Source of the DNA: the human T2T-CHM13v2.0 reference genome, Homo sapiens
Reading direction: 5' to 3' (one strand)
NCBI RefSeq assembly: GCF_009914755.1
Contig: NC_060937.1
DNA: 64,000 nucleotides
Shown in pieces: positions 42,506 through 57,320 of this stretch. Made by a program: the position numbers and the translations under genes. The notes under the pieces were generated by a model. The model ran no database searches, was not told the DNA's origin, and saw nothing but the letters and a program-made list of their open reading frames with translations. Within the stretch, counting starts at the first letter, position 1; each line of letters opens with the position of its first letter.

Positions 42506-44174
42506 ACATTTTAATAGAGACACTATCAGAGAAATACACCAAAATGACTGGACTGAATTGGAAATGGAAAAGGTAGAAATCTCATTTTCTCTTCAGAGAC
42601 TATTGCAAATTTGTATGTATGTAATACACTAATCACATCAGATGCCAGTTTTAAGTACATATTTTCCTCCACTGTGTAGATTTGTTTCAATAAGGAAACA
42701 TTTCAGAACATACATAATCAATACAAAGCCATTCTCAGTAATTTATTTTCATTCCATGCCATGTTACTTAGGTTTACATTTACTACCTTAGAAAACATTA
42801 TGTACAAAAACTTTTCTTTCTTATAGTGAATTAAATCTCCAACTGCTTTTGTTTCTATTTTAAGAAAGTAAATATTATGACATAAATGTTTGCAATGTTT
42901 TTGTTTAAATAAAGTATTTCTAGATTTCTCTTAATTCATAGTTACATTGGTTTCTTTATTGATGTTCAAACACAGACTTTTAAAAATTCATATTTTTTTA
43001 AAATGTGTGACTATTTACTTTCTAGTTCAATTTAAAAAGCATTTACCATAAAAATGGCAGTATCTTTTTGTACAGATGCCACCTCTGAATCAAAGCCTTT
43101 CAGCAACTGGCAACAGGAAGCTCTAATGCACTTTATCCCTAATAGTTATAAAATACGCAATCATCTGAAATCACATATTGATTTCATATTGATTTCCACT
43201 TCTTTTCTAACTACGGTTATACGTAAATATTTCACTTTCAAAAATAGATCTTTGCCTTTTTATTTAGTTTTTTTTTTCCTTGGCTTAGAAATAGTTTTTA
43301 TGAAATATTCAAATATAAAAATAGTCTGTAAAAGCAAAGTATGGTTCTTTTTCAGCCAAAACACTTTCCCCTAAGCATTTCATTAGTTATATAAGTGATA
43401 AATGTTTTTCTGAATGGGAATTTACCTAAAGTGTTTCAAAATTAGGTGACCATTTGTGCTTTCCAAACCATACAGAACTTTATATTTATTCCTGGGTAAA
43501 TCACCCATTTCCTTGTTCATCAAGATCAGGTGAAATGATATCCATATGAGATAATTAATTCCTCTGCTATCTATTTTATTATACTTAGTTATCCATTGAA
43601 AATAAATATCTACTATAACAAGTAAAATATATAATAGTGTAGAAGACAACAAGAGTATGTGTTTGCAGTATGTGTAATAGAGTTAAATATATCTAAATAT
43701 AGTATGTCTGTATTAAGGCAATGAACATCAATTTTAGCTAATCACCCTCATTAAAGCAAAGGGCACTACCATATGTGACATAGTTATCATTGACAGTCTG
43801 ATAAATCTTGTAGCTGAGGTAACGGACAGGGAAGAGTTTGTGATAGTGAAATATGTAGAACTAAGATCAAATTACCAAATACGTAGGCATTATTAAACAA
43901 ATTCTCACCAATTACTTCAAAAATATTGTAACTTCTATTTAATATTTCTTGTTTTTAATCTTAAAAACTCTAAATTGAGTAGAATTTGAAATAGCAGTAA
44001 ATTTCAGGTTAATGGAAATAAAATCACACTTGTTATTATTGTTCAATTTTTTTTATTAAGTCTGAAGAAATATTTAATTGAATATGACATCTAAGAATGA
44101 TGGACAAAAGCTTTTTTTCTTTCCACTCCTTTTTCTGAAAGCTTTGATACAAAAATCATTTGACACAAATGATT

Positions 44175-44429
44175 TTTTTGTGTGTGACAGGATCTTACTA
44201 TGTTGCCCAGGCTGAAGTGCAGTGTGCTCATGCAATCCTCCCATCTCAGCCTCCTGAGTAGCTGGGACTACAGGCACATGCCGCCATGCCCAGCTAATTT
44301 TTGTATCTTTAGTAGAAACAAGATTTTGCCACATTGCCCAGGCTGGTCTCCAACTCGTGGGCTGAAGTGATCTGCCCACCTTGGCCTCCCAGTGTTCTGG
44401 GATTACAGGAGTGAGCCACTGTACCCGGC
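44175..44429 (-). mobile_element. AluJ/S with internal deletion
   Basis: Reverse Alu dimer with a shortened right arm. Confidence 0.9.
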
Positions 44430-44914
44430 TAATGCAAATGATTTCTATTATTAATATCTTGCAGTTATTCTTCCATCAGATAACCATCAATGTCAAAATA
44501 AAGATTATTAATTACTGAAGGACTGAAAAATCAAAAATCAACTTCATGAGATGCTTTACAAACAAGTGATCTCTTTTAATATTTGACTCAGTAAAATTTT
44601 TTAAGAAAAGTTAAGTTTGTGTTTTTATTTGTGTATACTCTCTAGTGCTTAAATGTATCAGGATAGAACTTTTCTAAACTAGGTCAGTCTTTTTTCTATA
44701 TCTATGGTTGAATACTTCAGTTAAATAAAGCAATGGTAGATAGCAAACTATGTCATAATTGGCATTTTGGGCACTTGCTGCAATTAATTGCCAAAAAAAG
44801 CATATCTCACCACAATTGATCTCTCATTTTTCCACTCTCATTTATTTCCCTTCACTTTCTTCTTGGCTTCTGCAAAAGCATTTGTTTTTCCTTTTTCTTT
44901 CTTCTTTAAAAAAA

Positions 44915-45427
44915 TATATTTGAAGAGATTTACTCTAAGCCAAATATGAGTCACCATGGCCAGTGACACAGCATTCAGGAGGTCCTGAGAACATGTGCCC
45001 AAGGTGGTTGGGAGGCAGCTTGCTTTTATACATTTTAGAGAGGCATGAGACATCAATTAACTACACTTGAGAAATACGTCAGTTTGATCCAGAAAGGTGG
45101 GACAACTCAAAGCAGAGGGAGTGGGGGTGGGAGGGGTTGGGGGTGGCAGGGGGGTTGGGGGATGGGAGGGTATTGGGGTTTGGGGGTTGGTTCCAGGCTA
45201 TAGGTGAATTTAAACATTTTCTGGTTGATAATTGGTTGAGTTTGTTTCAAGACCTGGGATTGATAGAAAGGGAATGTTCAGGTTAAGATAAAAGATTGTG
45301 GAGACCAAGGTTCTTTTGAAGTCATAACAGTGGCTGCCGTTAGAGACAATAAATGACAACTGTTTCCTATTCAGATCTTTAAAAGGTACTAGACTTTTAG
45401 TTAATCTCTTTAGGACTGGGAGGGCCG
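44915..45427 (-). mobile_element. MER4-family (ERV1) LTR fragment with an expanded G-rich tract
   Basis: tgaagagatttactct...caggaggtcctgagaacatgtgcccaaggtgg...gttcttttgaagtc. Confidence 0.85.
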
Positions 45428-46011
45428 TTTTTACATATTATAATTTATCTCCTTCATGTCTGTAACAAAGATAGGAATCGCTATAAAGTGTCTTCCCAGT
45501 TTCTGCCTAACCACATCCCTGGATTTCCTGGCCCCTGGCTTGGCATATGTTTGGGGTTAGCCTTCTCCCACTGCTAATTTGTATGCCATAAGATGGTTGT
45601 TTTGTTCCTCAGTATATTTATGTCAGATATAATTGTTACTGTAGTAAACAACTATTGTGTAAAACAATGATAAGTGAGTGTGAAAGTAAAAAAACAAATC
45701 AGAAAATGAAGCAGAATGTAAATAATTGATAAAGACAAGTTCTGAAAAAATGTCAAATTGGATTTAGGAGTCAGACACCTGTAAGAGGTTTATTTGAGGG
45801 GCTAAGCGTGCTGGTATTTACACACATATTACTTCTTGTGTCTCTTCAATTTATTGGTTCATTTCAAAAAACCAAAGCTAAAAATAATAAAATATGCATT
45901 ATGTAAAAAAAAAGAATGTTCAATGAATCCATACATACATACCGAAGACCTTTGTCGGATAGTTGACAAGTATATTTGCATATATGTTTTCCAAGGTAAA
46001 AGAAAATTTGT

Positions 46012-46333
46012 GGCTGGGCACGGCAACTCATGCCTGCAATCCCAGCATTTCAGGAGGCCAAGGCCGGTGGATCAGCTGAAGTCAGGCATCCAAGACCAGC
46101 CTGGCCAACACGGTGAAACCCCATCTCTACTAAAAATACAAAAAAATAGCTGGGCGTGGTGGCTGGCACCTGTAATCCCAGCTACTTGGGAGGCCGAAGC
46201 AAGAGAATTGCTTGAACCCGGGAGGCAGAGTTTGCAGTAAGCTGAGATCAAGCCACTGCACTACAGCCTGGGCAACAAGAGTGAAACTCTGTCTCAAAAA
46301 AAAAAAAAGAAAGAAAAAGAAAAAGAAAAAAGA
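46012..46333 (+). mobile_element. AluS
   Basis: Full dimer with TSD aaaagaaaatttgt. Confidence 0.96.
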
Positions 46334-47497
46334 AAATTTGTAGGATATGGATAAGTAATTCATTTTAGAAGAATTTTTTTTTGTAGAATGATTTGTGCTA
46401 AAGCAATACATCTCTTTCTATCATATACTGATATCTTGAAAATTTTATAACGTTTCTTGTCACATTCAGTATTTTAAAAATAGGATTGATTCTAAGTTTT
46501 GAGTTTATGGTGCATTTGAATATTAGAGACATTATCTCATACATTTCAAAGCTTTGCTGCATTCTAAACTCAGTCCTGCCTTAGCCTTAGTAATGGCAAT
46601 GAAGTGCGGGGATAGAATGTTCACTATTTTTTTATGTGCTGTTAAAATTTCATACCTCCTGTTCTATCTTGAAGTCTTACAGTTTTGGAATGGTGAGTGG
46701 GGGAAACAAGCATAAAACTATTACATAATTCATGTAGTTTTCACTGGGCAACAGTATCTATCCTCTGAATGGTGAAATGGCTACTTTTCATTTATTTATT
46801 TTTTTCTTTCCTGGGGTAAAATGCTTGAAAACTGCACCACTGGGAAATTGCAGCTATAGTCCATGTTTCAACATAGTCCATGCTTCTTTGAGTTGGCCAC
46901 TTAATGTTTACTCTCACCTCCTTAGGTTTAGCAGTAAAGACCAGTAAGATTTCTTCTGTTAGGATCATCTAGCCATTCCAAGCATTTCTCTTAGATTTGA
47001 TTCTTTCAAGACAAATCAACCCAATAAAAAGCTCATAAATAACGGTGATCTAGCTACCACATTTGATGTTCTCATCTGACCAAACCAAATTTTATGTATA
47101 CATTCAATTCTCAATCCAACCTAGTCTGTTTGCCTAAACCATTCCAGACAAACTTCCACTTCGAAGGTTTTAAATGCATAAGTCAGATAGCAATCCTTCA
47201 GTTGCCCCAGAGGCACATCACGTTCTTTGAATGCTTCATTATAGTCCTCTTCATTTAGCAATCAGTGAGGCAATACACTGGCATCATGATCCCTTTTTTT
47301 AGGAACTCTGTACAAAATTCCCTTTGAAAATATAAATTTTGGAAATGAGTGATGAGCAAAGGGGTTTCATTAACATTATCACAATCTCTTGATATATCTG
47401 CTTGATAATGTAGCACCTATTATTTGGGGCCATTAGGACCTTGGCTGAAATTCTGGTAAATGTAAAGAAACCACATTTAACATCCAGTTAATTTAAT

Positions 47498-47809
47498 TTT
47501 TGTTTGTTTGTTTGTTTTGTTTTTGTTTTTGTTTTTGAGACGTTGTCTTACTATGTCACCCAGGCTAGAGTGCAGTGGTGTGATCTCGACTCACTGCAAC
47601 CTCCACCTCCACCTTCTGGGTTCAAGCAATTATCTTCCTCAGCCTGGGATTACAGGAACCCACCACCATGCCCACCTAATTTTGTATTTTTAGTAAAGAC
47701 GGGGTTTCACTATCTTGGTCAGGCTAGTCTTGAAGGCCTGACCTCGTGATCCACCTGCCTCGACCTCCCAAAGTGCTGGAATTACAGGCATGAGCCACCT
47801 TGCCTGGCC
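47498..47809 (-). mobile_element. AluS with (TTTTG)n tail
   Basis: Reverse Alu dimer. Confidence 0.94.
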
Positions 47810-48229
47810 TCAATATTGTTTTTAATAATTTCTGCTTTACTTGCAGTTAATCCTATCAGGCCTTCTACCATACCCAGTTGTGTCAGCAAGATCTGTACAA
47901 TGATAAGTAACACATGGCTCCCAGGGCTAAACATATTCCTAACACTTATATAAACACTTTTTCAGAAATTTGACAATATTTTATAATTAAACAATATCTT
48001 ATTTTACAAGAAAAGATATGGTATCACAATACTCTGAGCAAAGAGTTAATTTGCTTCTCAAATTTCCTAGATAATGAAGTAGTCCTAAAATATTTAACTC
48101 AGTATTGGTAATAGTTTCAATTTGAGGAAGTGTTCTGAATAGCCTTTTTAATGCTGATGTCATAAGATTGTGTTACAAACACACTTTCATTTAAAGACAC
48201 TTTATTTTTAATTTTGTTCTAAAAACTAA

Positions 48230-48345
48230 AATTATATATAAATACACATGCATCCTAAACTATATATGTATAATATACATATATGTGTATATATACACAC
48301 ACAGAGAGAGAGAGAGAGAAGGAGAGAGAAACAGAGACAAAGAGA
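48230..48345. repeat. Compound (TA)/(CA)/(GA) simple repeat
   Basis: Directly visible. Confidence 0.85.
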
Positions 48346-49581
48346 GCCATAAATCCTGAATTTGTTGTTGTCAGTGGTGTTTGATAGCATCACTTTTTAA
48401 CTCAATAGGATGTATCTGCACAAAGCTAAAATTAATTTATTTTTGCCATACAAGGCAAGTGTATCTTGTTGATGTCTATAGAGAAAATAAATCACCCTCT
48501 AAAGAACGGTTTATAAATAAATAATTGATATCTGAAAATTCAGAAAAAAATACCACTATCATTTTACTTACCATATTGCATTGAAATTATATGTTTATGC
48601 TTCTCTTGCTTCTACCTCTCTGTGAATTCAAGGTTAGAAAAGGAGAAATTTTTATCTTAGCATTCCCAGGACCAATCACAATATCTAATACTTAGAGCAT
48701 GCAATAAATGTTGGTTGAACTAAAATAAATCTGATATAAAAACAAATAATGCTTTAGGGAAGTGATTTTTCATTTGAGATTATTTTCTCAGAAAAATTAA
48801 CATGACCAGGTTGTCATCCTATGCAAACATTAGTATGCCTTATTGATTTTTCACTAAGTTATATAGCTTATATTATAAGACTTTTTTATGGGTGTCTCTA
48901 CCTATAGATTCCAGGCACTAACAAACGTGTAGAAACTCATAAATTTAATGCATTTTATCAAGTTGATTAATATAGCATGAACATTTTTCAACTGGCTTCA
49001 CAAATCATTTATTGTTAAATGTTATTCTTATACCTGTATTAGAGAGAAAAAAGCCAGAGGTGGCAAGGTGATATACAGATCAACTGGAAATCCACAAGTT
49101 TTGGTTTGGAACTCTTTGGAAAATTGAATAAAGAGTCACACCTTGCTCAAAACTGAATCAGTAAAAGTGATGTACATATCAATAAACAAACTTCTCTAAT
49201 AAAAAAGCATTAAAAATATAGTCAGCATATATTTTTCTGGAATATAAAATTGAGGAACTAGAATAATTCAACTTGAATAAGTGTAACTAATTCATTTTCT
49301 GCAAAATGTTACCCAGAGATTGAGTATTTTTCTATTTATTCTATTGGAAAAAAATGATATACCACTGTACTGGAAATATTCAGAAAAGTTCGTCTATTTT
49401 TTAAAATTGTACTTATTATACCTTTATAACCGTGAGATAATATATTTATTATTTGAATGAGAATAAATGTTTATGATTTATACAAACATGCCTGACACAG
49501 ACTACTATGCCCACAAAAGTTGAATGGTTGTTTTTAGCTTATATATACCTATACAGGTTAATAGATATATCTTTACTTCTT

Positions 49582-49875
49582 TTTTCTTTTTTTTTGAGAC
49601 AGAGTCTCACTCTGCAGCCCAGGTTGGAGTGCAGTGACATGATCTCGGCTCACTGCAACTCCGCCTCCCATGTTCACGCTATCCTCCTACCTCAGCCTCC
49701 TGAATAGCTGGGACTACAGGTGCCCGCCACCACGCCCGTCTTATTTTTTGTATTTTTAGTAGCGATGGGGTTTCACCGTGTTAGCCAGGATGGTCTCAAT
49801 CTCCTGACATTGTGATCTGCCTGCCTCAGCCTCCCAAAGTGCTGGGATTATAGGCGCGAGCCACCGCACCCGGCC
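49582..49875 (-). mobile_element. AluY/Sc-like
   Basis: ccgtgttagccaggatggtc; 17-bp TSD atatatctttacttctt at 49565-49581 and 49877-49893. Confidence 0.96.
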
Positions 49876-50136
49876 AATATATCTTTACTTCTTATAAGAA
49901 ATGAGTAACTTTATTAATTCTACCAACAGATAACATTCTTCCTCTCAGAGAGTAATATGCAATCATTTCCTAACCTTATTTTATTGCGCTATATTTTAAA
50001 TATAATAAACGTGTCAAAAATGTGGTTTCGTACTTTTTATAAATTGATATATTTACCTAATTACACTAAATCTAGAAAATACTATTGTGCTTATTCAAAC
50101 TTCTCTTCTCTTCTTCAGAGGCAAACCTGTATAATT

Positions 50137-50276
50137 TCTTTGGTTTGTTTGTTTTAAGACGTAGTCTTACTCTGTTACCCAGGCTAGAGTGCAGTGGTAC
50201 AATGTGAGGTCACTGCAACCTCCGCCTCCCGGGTTCAAGCGATTCTCCGGCTTCAGCATCCCAAATAACTCGGATT
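50137..50276 (-). mobile_element. 5'-truncated Alu (right arm only)
   Basis: Flanked by aaacctgtataatttct / aaacccttataatttct. Confidence 0.88.
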
Positions 50277-50698
50277 AAACCCTTATAATTTCTATCATGA
50301 TTGATTAATTTTGTTCATCTTCAAATTCCAATAATTAGAATTCCTACAGGATGTGTGTGTGAGTGTGTATCTGGTTTATTTTCTTTAGCATAAATAAATA
50401 TTTGAGATTTAGCCAAATATTTGTGTGTATCATTTGTTTATTTTTCCTCATATTTCTGAGTTGCCTATGTATTTGTCAGAGTTTGCTTATTCATTAGTCT
50501 GTTAGTGAATATTCAGATTGCTTTCAGAATTAGCTTTTACAAATAAAGGACTTAGGTGCATTCTCAAACAGGTTTTTGTGTAAATATATGCTTTTATTTT
50601 TGTTGGATAAATTTCTAGAATTGAAATTGCTGTGCTATAGGGTAGATATATGTTGGCCTTATTTAGAAGCGAATTATTTTTCAAAGCGGTTGTTCCGC

Positions 50699-51015
50699 TT
50701 TTTTTTTTTTTTTTTTTTTTTTTTTGAGACACAGTCTCGCGCTGTCGCCCGGGCTGGAGTGCACTGGCGTGATCTGGGCTCACCGCAAGCTCCACTTCTC
50801 AGGTTCACGCCATTCTCCTGCCTCAGCTTCCTGATTAGTTGGGACTACAGGCGCCCGCCACCACACCCGTCTAATTTTTTTTTTTTTTTGTATTTTTAGT
50901 AGAGACGGGGTTTCACCATGTTAGCCAGGATAGGCTCGATCTCATGACCCCGTGATCCACCCGCCTCGGCCCCCCAAAGTGCTGTGATTACAGGCATGAG
51001 CCACCGCGCCCAGCC
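50699..51015 (-). mobile_element. AluY
   Basis: CpG-rich, ggttcacgccattctcc; ggttgttc on both flanks. Confidence 0.96.
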
Positions 51016-51882
51016 GGTTGTTCTATTTTACACTCTCACAAGAAATAGACATGACTTCTAGTTTCCCCACATATTTGCCAATATTAGTATTATCATTTTA
51101 AATGGTAGTCTTTCCAGTTTCAATGCATTTTGGTTGCATTTCCCCTTATCTAATAATATTGAGCATCTTTTCACATTCCTATAAGCCACTTGTATCTCTT
51201 GTTTTGTGAAATACCTGTTCAAGATTCTTATAACTATTTAGTGGATCTCAGGAGTACTCTGTGCGTTTTGAACACGCAATTTTTTTCTCATACATATATG
51301 GAATAATTTATCACAGTCTATGGCTTAAAATTATATTTTCTTACATTTTGCAGTTTTATTAGGATACATTTTTAATTAATATCTACAATTTATCAATTTT
51401 TACTCTTATGATAGTGCTTTCTCTGTTCAGAAATATTTTTCCTATTATAATAGCTCACAGATATTGTTTAATTTTTTTCTTTTAAAAGCTTTCTGAATTT
51501 TGCTTTTTCATTTTTATGCCTACATTAAAAATATCGGATTAGTTTTGTGTATACAAAGGACTGATGCATGTATTTTTTTAATATGAGAATGCATTTATTT
51601 CAAAAGCCTTTGTTAAAGACTTACTTTCCCCACTGAATTATCTACATGCCCTTATAAACATTTAATTTACTGCATAGGTGGAGGTCTAATTTTGAACCCA
51701 TCTTTATCCTTATTATTTTTGTGTTATGATGCTTTGATACTGCAGCTTTCTTAGATGTCTGAAAATTGGCTCTATTTTTTTCTCAAAATTCTAGGTCCTA
51801 TGAATTTTCCAAACAAATTTTGGAAACAGCTTGTGAATTTCTCTCAAAATGTTTGCCACAATTTACTACAGAGTTGTAGTAA

Positions 51883-52237
<355 letters not shown>

Positions 52238-52692
52238 CCTACTGCATTGATTCTAAAGATTAACTTCCAGAGAATTCACATCAAACAATGTTGCATCTTC
52301 AAATCTATGAATATGGTAGTTCTTTACATTTATTTAGGTCTTCTGTAATGTTTCTCTACAAGAAATTTTAAAAAGTTTTAGTGTGAAAGATTTTTAAAGG
52401 TTTCACTTAAATTATTCTTAACTATTTTTATACCATTAAAATTTTACTTTTAAATGTATTCTCAATTGTTTATTTCTAGTATTTAGAAATTCCATTAATT
52501 TTACATATTGTATTTTATGTATTGACCTTGCATTCTACACATTCTGCACCATTATTGAATTTGATTCTTATTATTCACAGCTTTTTAAATAAATGTATTA
52601 GGATTTTCTTCATACACAATATACATACATAAGTTCTGTGAATAAAAATATTTTTTCTTTTCACTTTTCAATTTTTATGCTTTTCATTTCTT

Positions 52693-53991
52693 GACCCCAT
52701 GCAAATCTGAAATCCAGAGGGGCAGCCAAATCTTAAAGCTCCAAAATGATCTCCTTTGACTCCATGTCTCACATCCTGATCATGCAGATGCAAGAGGTGG
52801 GTTCCCATGGTATTGGGCAGCTCTGCCCCTGTGGCTTTGCGGGATATAGCCTGCCTTCTGGCTGCTTTTGTGGGCTGGTGTTGAGTGTCTGTGGCTTTCC
52901 CAGGCACATGGTGTTGTTGGTGGATCTAACATTCTGAGGTCTGGAGGATGGTGGCCCTCTTCCCACAGGTCCACCAGGCGGTGGTGCCCCAGTAGGGACT
53001 CTGTGTGGGGGCTCCCACCCAACATTTCCCTTCCTCACTGCCCTAGCAGAGGTTGTCAATGAGGGCCCCATCCCTGCAGCAAACTTTTGCATGGGCATCC
53101 AGGTGTTTCCATATATCTTCTGAAATCTAAGCAGATGTTCCCAAACCTCAATTCTTGATTTCTGTGCATCCACAGGCTCAACACCACATGGAAGCTGCCA
53201 AGGCTTGGGGCTTCCACCCTATGAAGCAACAGCTCAAGCTGTACTTTGGTCCCTTTTAGTCACAGCTGGAGTGGCTGGGATGCAGGGCACCAACACCCTA
53301 CACTGCACACAGCATGGGGACCCTGGGCCCAGCAAAACCATTTTCCTCTAGGCCTCTGAGACTGTGATGGGAAGGGCTGCTGTGAAGACTTCTAACATGC
53401 CCAGGAGACATTTTCACCATTGTCTTGGGGATTGACATTCAGTTCCTTGTTACTTATGCAAATTTCTGCAGCCAGCTTAAATTTCTCCTCAGAAAATGGG
53501 TTTTTCTCTTCTATCACATTGTCAGGCTGCAAATTTTCTGAACTTTTATGCTCTGCTTGCCTTATAAACTGAATGCCTTTAAAAGCACCCAAGTCACTTC
53601 TTCAATGCTTTGCTGTTTAGAAATTTCTTCTGTCAGATACCCTAATTCATCTGTCAAGTTCTAAGTTTCACTAATCTTTAGGGCATGGGCAAAATGCTGT
53701 CAGTCTCTTTGCTAAAACATAACAAGAGTCAACTTTGCTCTAGTTTCTAACAAGTTCCTCAACTCCATCTGAGACCACATCAGCCTGGATCTCATTGTTC
53801 ACATCATTATCAGCGTTTTGGTCAAAGCCATTCAAAACGTCTCTAGGAAGTTCCAAACTTTCCTGCATTTTCCTGTCTTCTGCTGAGCCCTTCAAACTGT
53901 TCCAACCCCCGCCTGTTACGCAGTTCCAAAATTGCTTCCACATTTTCAGGTATCTTTTCAGCAGCATCCCACTCTACTGATACCAGTTTAC
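52693..53991 (-). mobile_element. THE1 internal region, truncated
   Basis: MaLR-int text (caaaatgatctcctttgactccatgtctcacatcc, gcaaatttctgcagccagctt), contiguous with the LTR. Confidence 0.92.
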
Positions 53992-54346
53992 TGTATTAGT
54001 CTGTTTTAATGCTGCTGATAAAGACATACCCAAGACTGGGCAATTGACAAAAGAAAAAAGGTTTAATTGGACTTACAGTTTCATGTAGCTGGGGAAGCCT
54101 CACAATCATGGTGGAAAGCAAAGAGGAGCAAGTCATAACTTACATGGATGGCAGCAGGCAAAGAGAGCTTGTGCAGGAAAACTCCCCCTTATAATAACCA
54201 TCAGACCTCATGAGACTTACTCACTATCAGGAAAACAGCACAGGAAAAGCCTACCTCCATGATTCAGTTACCTCCCACCAGGTTCCTCCCAAAAGGTATG
54301 GGAATTCAAGATGAGATTTGGGTGGGGACACAGCCAAACCACATCA
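53992..54346 (-). mobile_element. THE1 (A/B-like) 5' LTR
   Basis: tgtattagtc...gctgctgataaagacataccc...gagatttgggtggggacacagccaaaccacatca. Confidence 0.94.
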
Positions 54347-55534
54347 ATGAAGCTCTCTGTCGTATATGTTAATGCTGATAATGTTTTTTTGTTTTGTTTT
54401 TGAGGAGATCTTAGAGACGAAAAAGGGGAAGCTCCATTAAAATTGGTAAAGGAAGAAACATAATATGAAAGGAGGGAAATAATGAGGTAAAAGATGCAGA
54501 GACTGCTTTCCAGACAAAGTAAGAATGAACTTCACTTTGGAATAACAAAGCAGTGCTTGCTTGGCAAGGTGAGTCTTAGAATCTGACTAACATCAACAGG
54601 GCAGAGTCTCAGGTAATTAACAAAACCAGGAAGGAACAGGGAGCAGCAATGCTAAAACACAAGAAACCAGGTTACTTTGTCCTACTTCATAGTTGTTATT
54701 TTCCTAATCATTGGAGATAAGCTATGATTAACAGAAAAACTACCCATGTAAAATATTGTCACCCAACTTTTAAGAAAAACAAGAAAGAAGATACAAAACT
54801 TAGCAAACAGAATAAGTAATTTCAGAGAATCAGAATTAAGACAAGAAACAAATGTAATTACAGTAAGTGTAATTCATATCTTCAGAGACATGCAAGAAGA
54901 GGTTGCATTTTAGAAAATACTGATAATAGCTCTTGGATTAAAAACTCAACAGATGTTCTGAAGAGAACAATAGACATAGTTAAATATAGATCTAGCAAGT
55001 TTGAAGTTTAAAAGTTGAATAATTTTCTCTGAATCCAATGGCTAGGATAAAATGAAGAAAGGTAAAGGGAGGTAAAGTGAAGATAAAGAATTGTTGACGT
55101 AAAGTTGTTTAAAATGCTAGAAAAAAAAGGAAAGTAAACATAAAGATGGAAATAATTAAAGAACTAATTTAAATATTTTTTAGAACTAGAAATACTGTAG
55201 ACTTGAGATTTAAAGTTTTCATAGAAGTATGAACTTATATTAATGGAGAAATTCTACTGATAGACATCTCTTGAAGAAGCAATGGGATACTAACGATTAG
55301 GACAGAATCATAAAGACTTCCAGAGTAGGAGGATAGAAAGGTAATTTTCAATGGAATAAGAAGTAGATAGAAAAGAAAATTTATTCTTAAACATGTAGAT
55401 GTTGTTAATAACTGGGACAAGACCATCAATGTCTGAAGAAATTCCAAAAATAAAATAATAAAATTAACAAACAGATTTTTAGAATTACATCTGGCAGTCA
55501 TAGAGCGCAATAGCATACTTGAAAATAAGGAAAA

Positions 55535-56029
<495 letters not shown>

Positions 56030-56469
56030 CTAAAATAAAATTGCTTAAAACTAGTGATAAAGAAAAATTCTCAAAGCAGCCAATGACAAAAACACGGTTT
56101 GCACAGAGGAACAAAAAATGCCAGCAAACATTTTATTGGAAACAAAGAAAATTAGAAGATAATGAAGCAACATCTTTAAAGTACTGGAAGATAAACATTG
56201 TCAGCTGGAAATTGTAGACTCAGAGAAACTATCTTTCAAGATGTAGGTGAAATAAAGATTTTGTTCTGGCACTTAGAACCTGAAATAAATCATCACCAGT
56301 AAAACAGCACTATTAAAAATGTTAAAGAAAATGTTTCAGGCAGACGTAAAATAATATCAAAAGGAAATTTGGATCTACATAGAAGAATGAAAAGCACTGG
56401 AAATGGTATCAACATGGTTAAATATATAAGATCCTTTTATTTCTGTTTGAATTCAATTGATTGTTTAAA

Positions 56470-56994
<525 letters not shown>

Positions 56995-57320
56995 ATTTAA
57001 ACAAGAATAATAACAATTTATAATGAGTTTACAACATATATAAAAATAAATCACATGACAATAACAGAACAACAGTTAGGATAAAATAATGAAAATGTTG
57101 TTATTCATGATACTGTATGTAAAGTAGTATATTATAATTTGAAGGTAGAATGTGATGAGTTAAACATGTATACTACAAACTCAAAAGCAACCATTAAAAT
57201 TAACAATATAGAGAGTTTTAATTCTCAAGTAAAAAAGGAGATAAGATGAAACCGTAAAATATATTTAATTCATAGAAAAGAAGGCAAACAAGAGGGAAAA
57301 TAAGCAAAAAACAGATGGGA

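Noticed and set aside
43054-43374. 106-aa ATG ORF in unique sequence
   Set aside because: No recognisable domain; the F/K/I-rich composition reflects AT-rich DNA.
52668-53980. Cluster of longer, GC-richer ORFs
   Set aside because: They lie in THE1 internal sequence and are broken across frames.
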